Shown here: piece after piece, positions 1-8,799 of the stretch
How positions within the stretch are numbered: position 1 is the stretch's first letter
Layout: each line of letters opens with the position of its first letter
NCBI GenBank assembly: GCA_007118795.1
Contig: SKQX01000244.1
Span: forward strand, 1 to 36,711
Source of the DNA: Thermoflexales bacterium
GTDB lineage: Bacteria; Chloroflexota; Anaerolineae; B4-G1
Reading direction: 5' to 3'
DNA: 36,711 nucleotides
Made by a program: the position numbers and the translations under genes
The notes under the pieces: model-generated
Database searches by the model: none
What the model was told of the DNA's origin: nothing
The model's input: the letters and a program-made list of their open reading frames with translations, nothing else

Positions 1-294
1 GCCCGCAAGGTGCATGGCGCGAACGCCGTGGCCCTGTTCTACCAGCCGGGATTCCGCAGCGCCTGGTACCAGGTGCAGAAGGGGGAGCAGTTGAACGAGC
101 CTGGGGACACCAACCCGTTTCCTCAGGCCTTCGTGTTCATCTCAGGGGAGGGGTGGGCGAGGATCGGAGAGAAGACACTTGCCGTTCGGGCCGGAGAGGC
201 CTACTTCGTCCCTCCCGGGTCTGATCACATCGTATGGACGGACGAGGAGGAGCCCGTGACGCTGCTCTGGCTGGCCTGGGGGGAAGGAGCTTGA
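1..294 (+). CDS. Cupin-fold protein; 5' end probably lies outside the window
   Basis: The frame is open back to base 1 (gcc cgc aag gtg cat...). Cupin-like strands are present: FVFISGEGWARIG and GEAYFVPPGSDHIVW. Stop codon at 292-294. Confidence 0.65.
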   Translation, partial: ARKVHGANAVALFYQPGFRSAWYQVQKGEQLNEPGDTNPFPQAFVFISGEGWARIGEKTLAVRAGEAYFVPPGSDHIVWTDEEEPVTLLWLAWGEGA

Positions 295-414
295 CCGGCA
301 CAGAGCGTAGGGTGCGGACCGGCTTGCCCGGGGCGCTTGGCTGACTTCCTTGATCTTGGGTGCCTGGGGGCGTCCGTGGACCAGTATCTGAAAGGTAGAC
401 CATGGGGGTAGTCG

Positions 415-942
415 ATGCTGAAACTCACCATCGCCCGCTTACTCTACGCGGTGAAGGGGCTGTTCGATGACCCCCTCGAGCTCTTCAAGGCTCTGGGCGT
501 GGAGGCCGATGACTGGATCCTGGAGGTGGGATGTGCCGTTGGCTATCACACCGTTCCTCTGGCGACGATCGCCAGCGAGGGCAGGATCTACGCTGTCGAT
601 ATCTGGGAAGAAGCCCTTGACCATCTGGAGACAAGGGCCGGTACAGCCCGCAACGTGGAGGTGATCCGCTGCAGTGCAGATACCCTAGAGTTTCCCCGGG
701 CACATTTCGACAAGATCGTCTGTTTCGATACTCTGCATGAGCTGTCAGATCCCGGGCGGGCGCTGGCGAAGTGGGCAACCTTCCTGAAGCAGGACGGGAG
801 GCTCCTCTACCGGGATCCAGCCGTACCCCCGGAGCGGATTCCATCGCTGTCAGAGGATCGGCTCCTTCCCTTGGAGATGGTGAGAGGGGTCGACGTGTTC
901 GTGGCGGCACTACCCGAATGGGCGCACGGAGACCATCCCTGA
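415..942 (+). CDS. Class I SAM-dependent methyltransferase
   Basis: Motif I ILEVGCAVGYHT, post-I IYAVDI, motif II FDKIVCFDTLHEL and motif III LKQDGRLL. ATG start at 415. Confidence 0.8.
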   Translation: MLKLTIARLLYAVKGLFDDPLELFKALGVEADDWILEVGCAVGYHTVPLATIASEGRIYAVDIWEEALDHLETRAGTARNVEVIRCSADTLEFPRAHFDKIVCFDTLHELSDPGRALAKWATFLKQDGRLLYRDPAVPPERIPSLSEDRLLPLEMVRGVDVFVAALPEWAHGDHP

Positions 943-1067
943 GGTAAGGCGCGAGCTTCTCTGACTGAGTATGAGATGAGAAGACGTGTCGTCTGAAGGG
1001 GATCCGGGAGTGCACAAGATGGCCGCAACCGCAGTGGCTGTCTGAACAGCGGTCAACCATGGGCCTG

Positions 1068-1230
1068 AGTAGAATGCGGTCCATCGTCTGGTGAGTGGCT
1101 CGCGCCAGGAATGCCCAGAGCGCGGGGGGGTCAGGCGAGATCGAGTGTGCCACAGGAAGGAGCTAGGGATATGGAGTACCGTTTGGGCAGGTCGGAGCTG
1201 CGGGTTTCCGTCGTTGGTCTGGGGACCTTG
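1068..1230 (+). pseudogene. Truncated, diverged duplicate of the aldo-keto reductase 5' region (leader, SD and first ~20 codons); copy of 2951-3113
   Basis: Alignment by eye of 1068-1230 against 2951-3113. It includes a 28/28 identical block, caggaaggagctagggatatggagtacc (1153-1180 = 3033-3060). Encoded MEYRLGRSELRVSVVGLGTL compares with MEYRRLGDSELRVSVVGLGTL. Homology to the reductase ends at about 1230. Confidence 0.8.
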
Positions 1231-1235
1231 CTGCT

Positions 1236-1313
1236 ATCACCGGTACCGTCATCGGCGCGTCGTCGCTCCTCAACTCACCAAGGACGGCTAACGTGCCGAG
1301 GTCTTCTATGGGG
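1236..1313 (-). pseudogene. Internal fragment homologous to the receiver gene (copy of 4308-4385), fused directly to the reductase 5' fragment
   Basis: atcaccggtaccgtcatcggcgcgtcgtcgctcctcaactcacc aligns with atcaccggcaccgtcatcagggccgcgtcgctcttcaactcgcg. The minus-strand translation VLGELRSDDAPMTVPVI compares with VLRELKSDAALMTVPVI in the intact gene. Confidence 0.65.
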
Positions 1314-1334
1314 CAGACACAACGGAGGCGTGGA

Positions 1335-1574
1335 ATGGACAAGCCGATGGATGAGTACCTCAAACCTGGCGCAGCGGCAGAGATCCTTGACCTGACCGCC
1401 GAGGCAATCCGGGTTCGGGCACGGCGCGGCGAGCTTTGGGCTGTCAAGCGTGCCAGTGTTTGCTGGCTAGAACGCGAGGCAGTACTGGAGCTTCAGCGCA
1501 AGGCGGTTGGCGAGAATTGCTTTTATCCGACACTCGGCGTCGAATCGAAAGGAGCGGACGATGCAACCGAATGA
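1335..1574 (+). CDS. Excisionase/MerR-superfamily helix-turn-helix DNA-binding protein
   Basis: GGAGG at 1324-1328 sits 6 nt before ATG 1335. The sequence LKPGAAAEILDLTAEAIRVRARRGELWAVKRASVCWLEREAVLEL matches the excisionase-type HTH pattern: HTH, then R-x-G-x-L, then a wing. Confidence 0.6.
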   Translation: MDKPMDEYLKPGAAAEILDLTAEAIRVRARRGELWAVKRASVCWLEREAVLELQRKAVGENCFYPTLGVESKGADDATE

Positions 1575-2154
1575 GACACAGAACCACAAAGAGCAGAAGG
1601 GGTTGCTCAAGCGGCCTGTCACGATCTGGAAACTGACGCTCCCAGCGTGGCTACTCTTGGTACTTGGGGGCGTTTTTCTCTGCGTGGGAATCTATGCCAT
1701 AGGCCCTGAGTCTCCTGATCTGCATGACGAAGCTGCCGATCCCGCTCCAGTGGATGCCCGGGTGCCGCCCCACACACCATCTCCCATGTTCGAGATCTTG
1801 CGTATCATAGAGGAGGCGTTAGGGGAGGTAGACAGTCACGCCAGAGTACAGACGATTGGTATGGAGGATGATGGGTGGATCAGCATTGAGTGGATCGTCG
1901 GTGACTACCCGAGGTTGATCCAACTCCAGCGCAAGGCCGAATCCGGGGTGAGATCTGTAGCTGAGGCACTCTGCGATGCGGGTTACTGCGATGGGTTGAC
2001 TATGCGCGGTCTCAACATGAACGATAGAAAGCAGGTCGTGATTGTAGAATTCTCCCCGGAAACACTCGCAGAGATCGACTGGATAACCTTGCAGACAGAG
2101 GATATCTACGACGTCGCAGATTCGGTGTGGTTGAACCCGGAGTTTCCGGACTGA
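1561..2154 (+). CDS. Hypothetical single-pass membrane protein (N-in anchor, ~140-aa acidic ectodomain)
   Basis: AAGGAG at 1548-1553 precedes ATG 1561. One hydrophobic span, WKLTLPAWLLLVLGGVFLCVGIYAI. The gene overlaps the upstream HTH gene by 14 nt. No family was recognised. Confidence 0.55.
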   Translation: MQPNETQNHKEQKGLLKRPVTIWKLTLPAWLLLVLGGVFLCVGIYAIGPESPDLHDEAADPAPVDARVPPHTPSPMFEILRIIEEALGEVDSHARVQTIGMEDDGWISIEWIVGDYPRLIQLQRKAESGVRSVAEALCDAGYCDGLTMRGLNMNDRKQVVIVEFSPETLAEIDWITLQTEDIYDVADSVWLNPEFPD

Positions 2155-2440
2155 CGCTGCCGTTGCAACGTCTTTTCTCCCTGAACCTTTGGGCAGGAAC
2201 AACGAGCGCTCGATGTACGAAGACGGGCGGCGAGCGGCAGAGCTTGAAAAGTTGTTTGATTACCTGGACTAGGAAACGCGGTCCGTCGACTTAGCTTTGA
2301 TGCGCCTTGTAGCTGCACTGTGTGAGGGTCGAAAGACCTCCGCGTACGGGCTACGCACACGACCGGAGGCATAGTCGAGGCTGACGACCTACTCGAGCTG
2401 ACCGTTTGACCAGACGCTATCGACGGTTGGGAGTAGGAAG

Positions 2441-2830
2441 ATGGCCATGCGCGTTGTGATCTGCGCGTGCGCTTCGGGTGACCACCGGGTCGAGGGAAGG
2501 CCGCAATCTCGACGGCCAACTAAGAATGTGTTGGCAGTCCGCGGAACGGCAAGACCATCAGGTCATCGCAGCACTCCCTTAGGACGACGGAGGGACAATC
2601 AACGCGGACATTCACCTACCACGTGAACCTACTGTGGCAGATGGCGGCAGATGGCTTGTTTGACGTGCTGGTGGTCCGAGAGGTCGACTGAATGTCGCGG
2701 AACCTGGGGAATCACCCGGTCGTAGGAGGTCGCGCGCGGCGCAAACTTGCTATGTCGGTCTTCGCTCGGAAGTTCGCAGTGAAGGGAGGGTGCACTGAAT
2801 GAGCGAAGCGGGGCCGCTGAGCATTCGTGT
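2441..2830 (+). pseudogene. Decayed serine recombinase (resolvase-type catalytic domain) with frameshifts and in-frame stops
   Basis: Pieces lie in three frames. (a) MRVVICACASGDHRVEG resembles the resolvase N-terminus R-x-x-I-Y-A-R-V-S-T-x-x-Q. (b) EGRNLDGQLRMCWQSAERQDHQVIAAL*DDGG resembles SL-x-x-Q...c..ya...G..vv..y.DdG.SG. (c) GLFDVLVVREVD*MSRNL resembles fDvvlv.klDRLSRN. The TGA at 2689-2691 replaces the R codon of that motif. No C-terminal recombinase domain is present. Confidence 0.55.
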
Positions 2831-3050
2831 CGGTGATCGCGTAGGGGGCTGAGAGAGGGCGAAGGCCTGGCTATGGGTTGCGGCGATTGGAGGACTTGGT
2901 AGTTCCCTCGGGGGTGCGCGTACCCAGGCAGCTGGTCAGAAACCGAGTACAGTAGGATCGATCCTCTGGCGAGTGGCCCGCGCCAGGAATGCGCAGAGCG
3001 CGCAGGGGAAGAAGGCGACAGCGGCTATGCCGCAGGAAGGAGCTAGGGAT

Positions 3051-4169
3051 ATGGAGTACCGCCGTCTAGGAGACTCGGAGCTGCGGGTGTCCGTCGTTGG
3101 TCTGGGGACCTTGGCTCTCGGTGGGCGAAGCTACCGGGCGGTGAGCGAGGAGATGGCCCTCGCCACCGTCCAGCGAACCGTCGACCTGGGCATCAACTTC
3201 ATCGATACGTCCGATAACTACGGGTTCGGTCGGGCCGAGGTCCTCATCGGGCAGGCGATTCGGGGACGGAGAGACGACGTCCTTATCGCGACGAAGGGGG
3301 GGACGCCGTGGGATAAGGAGGGTCGAACCGCCATCGACTGCAGCGCCGCCGCCATCACGGAGGGGGTCGACGCGAGCCTGCGTCGGCTGGGTACCGACTG
3401 GATCGACCTTTACCAGATCCACGTTCCCGATCCTGAGACCCCGTACGAGGAGACCGTCGGGGCCCTGGAGCGGCTCAAGGAGGCTGGGAAGATCCGCTAT
3501 GCCGGACTATCCAACTTCTGGGTCGAGGAGCTGGATGCGTGGCTTGCCGCCGATGGTGTCGTCTCCAACCAGATGCCCTACAATTTCCTCCATCGGGACA
3601 TTGAGGCTGAGCTTCTTCCGTACTGCCGTCAGCGCAGCGTCGGGGTCATTGCCTACACACCGCTGCTGATGGGGGTGTTCGCGGGGAGGATCTCGCCGGA
3701 GACGGTCTTTGCGGAAGGCGATCACCGCGCATCCTACCCTCAGTTTCAAGGGCGCCCGTTGCGTGATTCGCTGGCCCTGGTGGCTCGTCTTCAGTCCCTG
3801 GCAGCGGACACGGGGCTTACGATGGCCCAGCTGGCCCTATCCTGGGTGGTATCCAGGCCAGGGATCACCTGTGCCATCCCCGGTGCCACGAGTCCCGAAC
3901 AGGTCGAGGAGAACGCTGTAGCCGGCGAGCGGTCATTGGCCGCGGACTTGATGGAGCGGATCGATCGGCTCCTGGCTGATACACAGGTGGAGACTCCCAG
4001 AACCATCCCGATGAAGGTTGTGGAAATCAAGGAGCCGGCGGGCAGACGGCTTGGCATCATGGAGATCGGCTTGAAGGTGCCTGTGCCGTCCGACACCAGA
4101 GCCGGGGACGTCGTTGAGATGGATATCGTCACCGGCCAGGTGAGTGAGTGGGTAGGGGAGGCAAACTAA
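3051..4169 (+). CDS. Aldo-keto reductase family oxidoreductase with a ~55-60 aa C-terminal extension
   Basis: GGAAGGAG SD before ATG 3051 (the track's GTG 2973 start has no SD). The N-terminus MEYRRLGDSELRVSVVGLGT is typical of AKRs. Other family motifs: DTSDNYG, DLYQIHVPD, IRYAGLSNF and PGATSPEQVEEN. Confidence 0.85.
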   Translation: MEYRRLGDSELRVSVVGLGTLALGGRSYRAVSEEMALATVQRTVDLGINFIDTSDNYGFGRAEVLIGQAIRGRRDDVLIATKGGTPWDKEGRTAIDCSAAAITEGVDASLRRLGTDWIDLYQIHVPDPETPYEETVGALERLKEAGKIRYAGLSNFWVEELDAWLAADGVVSNQMPYNFLHRDIEAELLPYCRQRSVGVIAYTPLLMGVFAGRISPETVFAEGDHRASYPQFQGRPLRDSLALVARLQSLAADTGLTMAQLALSWVVSRPGITCAIPGATSPEQVEENAVAGERSLAADLMERIDRLLADTQVETPRTIPMKVVEIKEPAGRRLGIMEIGLKVPVPSDTRAGDVVEMDIVTGQVSEWVGEAN

Positions 4170-4543
4170 GTAGTATCGTCTGGTTCAGCCGGCCGGTGTA
4201 GCTCTCGAATCGTGGCCATCAACTCCGATGGGCGGAAGGGCTTGAGGAAGAATGCGTCAGCGCCGGCGGCCATACATTCAGGGCCTCTATCCATACCTGA
4301 GGTCATGATCACCGGCACCGTCATCAGGGCCGCGTCGCTCTTCAACTCGCGCAGGACGTCCACCGTGTCCACGTCTCCGATGTGGATGTCCATCAGCACC
4401 AATGCTGGGCGCTTTCGACGCACGGTGGTGACGATCTGGTCGGGCTGGGTCACGGCCACCGACCCATAACCCTCCAGCCTCAGCATCGTCTCAAGGAGCT
4501 GCGTGAAGGTCTCATCGTCATCGACAACAACAATGGTCTCCAT
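4166..4543 (-). CDS. Stand-alone response-regulator receiver domain (CheY-like)
   Basis: Acidic pocket VVVDDDE, phospho-acceptor region LVLMDIHIGD, then VIMTSG and FFLKPF. No output domain. The start lies 2 nt after the lon stop, so the two are probably co-transcribed. Confidence 0.85.
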   Translation of the reverse strand: METIVVVDDDETFTQLLETMLRLEGYGSVAVTQPDQIVTTVRRKRPALVLMDIHIGDVDTVDVLRELKSDAALMTVPVIMTSGMDRGPECMAAGADAFFLKPFRPSELMATIRELHRPAEPDDTT

Positions 4544-4545
4544 CG

Positions 4546-7038
4546 TCAGGCGGCTTCTCTCTCAAAGGCGCACGCCGGCTCGAGGGCAACGTCAAATACC
4601 TCGTCGATCCGCTCCACCAGCAGAATCTCCAGCTCGTCAAGAACCTCTTCCGGAACGTCCTCGAGGTCTTTTTCATTCTGTAAAGGCAGGATCACGGTCC
4701 CCAGTCCCGCACGATGAGCCGTCAAGACCTTCATCTTCACCCCGCCTACGGGCAGGACCTGTCCGCGAAGCGTGATCTCGCCCGTCATCCCCACGTCCCC
4801 GCGCACCCGGCGATCACTCAACAGCGATGCCAGCGCAGTGGCAATGGTGACGCCGGCTGAGGGCCCGTCCTTGGGGATGGCACCCTTGGGGACGTGGACG
4901 TGGATATCTATCTTGGAGAAGATGTCCTCCGGGATTCCCAGATCCTGTGCCTTGGACCGGATGTAGCTTAGAGCAGCCTGGGCCGATTCCCTCATCACGT
5001 CTCCAAGCTGGCCCGTCACCGTGAATCCCTTGTCGCCTGCCATCTTTGTCGCCTCACAGAACAGAAGATCCCCTCCCGCGACGGTGACGCCGAGCCCTGT
5101 GGCGACCCCAGGGACCTGGGTGCGCATCGCTGTGTCCGGGAAGTACCGCCGCCGGCCGATGAAGTCCGACAGGTTGTCCGACGTCACCTCCACCGCCTCC
5201 GTCTCGCCCTCTGCTACGCGAGTCACCACCTTGCGGCATACCTTGCCGATCTCGCGCTCGAGATTCCGGACACCAGCCTCGCGGGTGTAGTCCCGGATGA
5301 TCTTGCGCAGGGCCTCTTCCTCAAAACTCAGCTCGTGGGCCCACAGCCCGTTCTCGCGCAGTTGGCGCGGGATGAGATAGCCCTGCGCAATGCGCACCTT
5401 CTCCGTTTCGGTATAGCCCGAGAGCCTCAGAATCTCCATGCGGTCGCGGAGGGGCTCTGGAATGGGCTCGAGGAGGTTCGCCGTGGTGATGAACATCACG
5501 CGGGAGAGGTCAAAGGGTACGTCGAGATAATGGTCCCTGAACTCGGAATTCTGCTCGGGATCCAAGACTTCGAGCAGGGCCGAGGCTGGGTCTCCTCGGA
5601 AATCCTTTCCCAGCTTGTCGACTTCGTCGATCATGAACACAGGATTCTTCGAGCCAACTCGGCGCAGCGCCTGAACGACGCGCCCGGGCAGCGCACCGAT
5701 GTAGGTGCGCCGATGCCCGCGAATCTCGGCTTCGTCGCGCACGCCGCCCAGCGATTGCCTGATGAACCTCCGGCCCAGCGCGCGAGCGATGGACTGACCA
5801 AGGCTCGTCTTCCCCGTACCCGGCGGGCCCACGAAGCAGAGGATCACACCCTCTCGCTCTCGCCGGATATAGTCCTCCGGCTCTCGGGCCTCCAGCTCTT
5901 CCTTTCTTTCCTCCCGTAGCTTCCTGACCGCAAGAAACTCGAGAATGCGCTCCTTGATGTCCTCAAGGTCGTAATGGTCCTCGTCCAGGACGCCCCGTGC
6001 GTGTGCGATGTTCAGGTTGTCCTCCGTTTCAACGTCCCAAGGAAGGCTAGTCAACCAGTCCAGGTAGGTGCGGATCACACCGTACTCCGGTGAAGCCGAT
6101 GGTACCTTGGTAAGCCGGTCCAGTTCACGCCGGGCTTCCTGTTCCGCTTCCTCCGGCATAGAGAGCTCATCGAGTTTGCTGCGGAACTCCTCCGCCTCCA
6201 TCTGTTCGTCGCCCTCGCCCAGCTCTCGTTGGATGGCCTTCTGCTGTTCCCGGAGGAAGTACTCACGCTGCCTCTGTTGCATCTCGGATTGCGCTTCGCT
6301 CTTGATCTTGCGGCCCAGCTCGAGGACCTCAACCTCCTGCGCCATCATGTTGAGCAGGCGGTGCATCTTGTCCCCCAGATGGTCCATCTCGAGGATCTCC
6401 TGGGCTTCCTCCAGCTCGCTATCGATGTGATTAGCGATGGCGTAGGTGGTCTGGAGGGGGTCTTCTATCTCCGCTAGCATCTCGCCCATCTCCTCGGGAA
6501 TGCCGGGCGATAGGTCGATCAGACGGCGGAAGTGCTGCAGCATGCCACGGCGGAGCGCCTCCGTCTGAATCGTTGGCTCCGTCGTCTCGGGGATCACCTC
6601 GACTCTAGCTAGGAAGTACGGTGACTCCTGGACGAATTCCTCGACCCGAATGCGGACCAGCCCCTGCACAATCAGGGTCAGGGTTCCGTCGGGGGCTTTG
6701 GCCAGGCGGTGAACCGCCGCAGCGGTCCCGACACGGTACACCTGGTCCGGAGTAGGTGTCTCAATCTCCGGATCATGGCTTGCCACGAGCCCGATGATGT
6801 TGCTATCAGCCACGGCGTCATCGACGAGCTGCACAGAGCGGGGCTGTCCCACTCGGATCGGGACCGCGGTCATCGGGTAGATGACGAGACCCCTCAGGGG
6901 CAGGATCGGGAGCGTCGATGGGACCTCCAGGTGGTAGCCGTCGGCCCCCTCCCGGATAGAGGTGCTGAGCTCGTTCATGATCATAGGGTTGATGAGGGGG
7001 TTCAGCAAGTCACTCGCTCTATTGATGGTTTCAGACAT
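4546..7038 (-). CDS. lon: ATP-dependent Lon protease (LonA type)
   Basis: 830 aa with a LON N-terminal domain. Walker [10 protein letters not shown], Walker [10 protein letters not shown] and the protease serine motif [10 protein letters not shown]. Confidence 0.95.
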   Translation of the reverse strand: MSETINRASDLLNPLINPMIMNELSTSIREGADGYHLEVPSTLPILPLRGLVIYPMTAVPIRVGQPRSVQLVDDAVADSNIIGLVASHDPEIETPTPDQVYRVGTAAAVHRLAKAPDGTLTLIVQGLVRIRVEEFVQESPYFLARVEVIPETTEPTIQTEALRRGMLQHFRRLIDLSPGIPEEMGEMLAEIEDPLQTTYAIANHIDSELEEAQEILEMDHLGDKMHRLLNMMAQEVEVLELGRKIKSEAQSEMQQRQREYFLREQQKAIQRELGEGDEQMEAEEFRSKLDELSMPEEAEQEARRELDRLTKVPSASPEYGVIRTYLDWLTSLPWDVETEDNLNIAHARGVLDEDHYDLEDIKERILEFLAVRKLREERKEELEAREPEDYIRREREGVILCFVGPPGTGKTSLGQSIARALGRRFIRQSLGGVRDEAEIRGHRRTYIGALPGRVVQALRRVGSKNPVFMIDEVDKLGKDFRGDPASALLEVLDPEQNSEFRDHYLDVPFDLSRVMFITTANLLEPIPEPLRDRMEILRLSGYTETEKVRIAQGYLIPRQLRENGLWAHELSFEEEALRKIIRDYTREAGVRNLEREIGKVCRKVVTRVAEGETEAVEVTSDNLSDFIGRRRYFPDTAMRTQVPGVATGLGVTVAGGDLLFCEATKMAGDKGFTVTGQLGDVMRESAQAALSYIRSKAQDLGIPEDIFSKIDIHVHVPKGAIPKDGPSAGVTIATALASLLSDRRVRGDVGMTGEITLRGQVLPVGGVKMKVLTAHRAGLGTVILPLQNEKDLEDVPEEVLDELEILLVERIDEVFDVALEPACAFEREAA

Positions 7039-7853
7039 TCGTCCCAGCCGTCCTTTGGATTCTAGCTTTCACGATCTCAATGCGAGCCAACAGCGATTGG
7101 GAGCGATCCTCGCCCTGTGTGGGGCCACGTATTCGATCTACAGCGTGCGCACCGATGGATTCCCAGGCGTTCTGCTTCCGCACGATGAGGATGCTCCTGG
7201 CGAGACCTGGGTGGGGCCGCCCTCGATATCGCGGCGATTCTCGTGCCGTTACCGGTGTGTCCGGACCGTTCCAGTGCCGACACATTGGTTGGCGGTGCCA
7301 GGCCTAAAGAGTATTCTACCATGGGTATCCTCTCGCTTCAACCAGCCCAGGACTCATCATTCTTCTGTGGCCAACCTGACCGGCACTTGGGAGCGCAGCA
7401 TAATGGCCCGAATCAGCTTGAGAAAGCGTCGCATTCGGTCTTCCGATGTCTTGACCAAGGTCCCGGTCACCGCAATGGCGAGAATGATAAACCCTTATCA
7501 CCCAGCGGATGCCCCTTGATCTTCTGTCCGTTCCGAGGTATTATAGGCGCTCGGGCGCGATCAGCGGTTGGTTCGTTCGGTCTCTGGAGGCCGTAGCCGA
7601 GATAGGCTTCGAGGCGAGTGCCCGAGGCCGCGTGCCCGGGAGGAGAGGACGGACCAGGGCTTAACGGAACGAGACATACCCCCTGGAAATGAGACGAATA
7701 GTACAGTATAGTAAGGACGCTGCACTCTTTGAGAAAGATACTCTCTCAGTTTACGAGTTGGCCAATAGACGCACTTCGCACATCTGGCAACGGTACGGAC
7801 AAGGGTACCGAAGGACCTCTGCCTCGAGCAGCACTTACATTACCGGATCCCGC

Positions 7854-8036
7854 CTATCGCTGTTTTTCCAGGGTGCGCAGACAGCGCGTACAGATGTTTA
7901 TCCGCTTCATCTCGCCATTGATCAGGACCCGTTTCCTTTGGACGTTGGCCCTAAACTGGCGCTTTGTCCTCTTCTTGGACCGCGGAACGGTGTGGCCGAA
8001 CCGGGTGCCTTTGCCGCATATTCTGCATTTCGCCAT
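7854..8036 (-). CDS. rpmB: 50S ribosomal protein L28
   Basis: MAKCRICGKGTRFGHTVPRSKKRTKRQFRANVQ. GGAGG lies 9 nt upstream of ATG 8036. The track's earlier start at 8051 lacks an SD. Confidence 0.9.
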   Translation of the reverse strand: MAKCRICGKGTRFGHTVPRSKKRTKRQFRANVQRKRVLINGEMKRINICTRCLRTLEKQR

Positions 8037-8394
8037 TGATTTGACCTCCAATACTTTGGTCGTTGTGCACGACGAAGTTGTCGTTCTCTGATGATTCCAC
8101 GCTGGGGTTCAGACCCAGGCTGTCTTAATGGGTTTCGTTAGCCAGCCCGTTATTATACGTCGAGCAGCGCTTTCATGCAACCCTTGGTTTGGGGTCTCAA
8201 GCCGGAGTGGTGATGGCCAGCTTGTTGACAGGGTCGCTGACCTTGGGTGTTTGTGAGTGGATCAGATTCTCGGACAGTCCAGCCCAAGTCGGGTTTCTTG
8301 GGCCACCGAGATGATACTGCCAATGGGTGGGCGAGGAGCAGCACCTCTGCGTTGCTTTGAACGCCCAATATTCGACCGATCGGGAGGAGGAAGC

Positions 8395-8748
8395 ATGCCG
8401 GAACGCAAGTCTGGAGGCCGGATCGACGTGTCGCCGAAAGCGATTGCCAGCATTGTGAACGATGCAGTCCTGTCGTGCTATGGCGTCGTCGGGACTGCGT
8501 CCAAAGATCTGGCGGCAGGCATCGCTACGGCTCTGTCGACGGAAAGAAGAAGGGGGGTAGAGGTCCGGGTCGAAGACGGGCACATCGTCATCGATGTCTA
8601 TGTCATCATTGAATACGGAACGCGTATTCCTGCTGTGGCGCGCAGTGTGATGAACGTCGTCGAGTTCAGCGTCGAGCGGGCCCTTGGGGTCCCTGTGGCC
8701 AGGGTCAACGTTCACGTCGATGGCCTGCGCGTCAGCAATGTCGACTGA
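8395..8748 (+). CDS. Asp23/Gls24 family protein (YloU-like)
   Basis: GGAGGAGG before ATG 8395. IDVSPKAIASIVNDAVLSCYGVVG ... VNVHVDGL is typical of Asp23. The gene precedes a DAK2 gene, as in the yloU-yloV arrangement. Confidence 0.8.
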   Translation: MPERKSGGRIDVSPKAIASIVNDAVLSCYGVVGTASKDLAAGIATALSTERRRGVEVRVEDGHIVIDVYVIIEYGTRIPAVARSVMNVVEFSVERALGVPVARVNVHVDGLRVSNVD

Positions 8749-8799
8749 CCTTTGTGACGCTCGTTGATCGTTTCGCTCATCAGTTCTAGGGAGATAGGG

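Larger units (their letters stand above)
1314..2950. mobile_element. Probable relic of an integrative element (excisionase-type HTH gene, membrane ORF, decayed serine recombinase) lying between the duplicated reductase 5' regions
   Basis: The position between the two copies, plus the gene content described in the individual features. No intact recombinase and no terminal inverted repeats were seen. Confidence 0.45.

Noticed and set aside
485-1153. 222-aa minus-strand ORF overlapping the methyltransferase gene
   Set aside because: Its Arg/Pro/Ser-rich, low-complexity translation is typical of an antisense frame in GC-rich coding DNA. The plus-strand frame has clear methyltransferase motifs.
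5335-6477. Several 80-190 aa plus-strand ORFs inside lon
   Set aside because: They are antisense to an unambiguous Lon protease gene. The translations are Ser/Arg/Leu-rich with no motifs.
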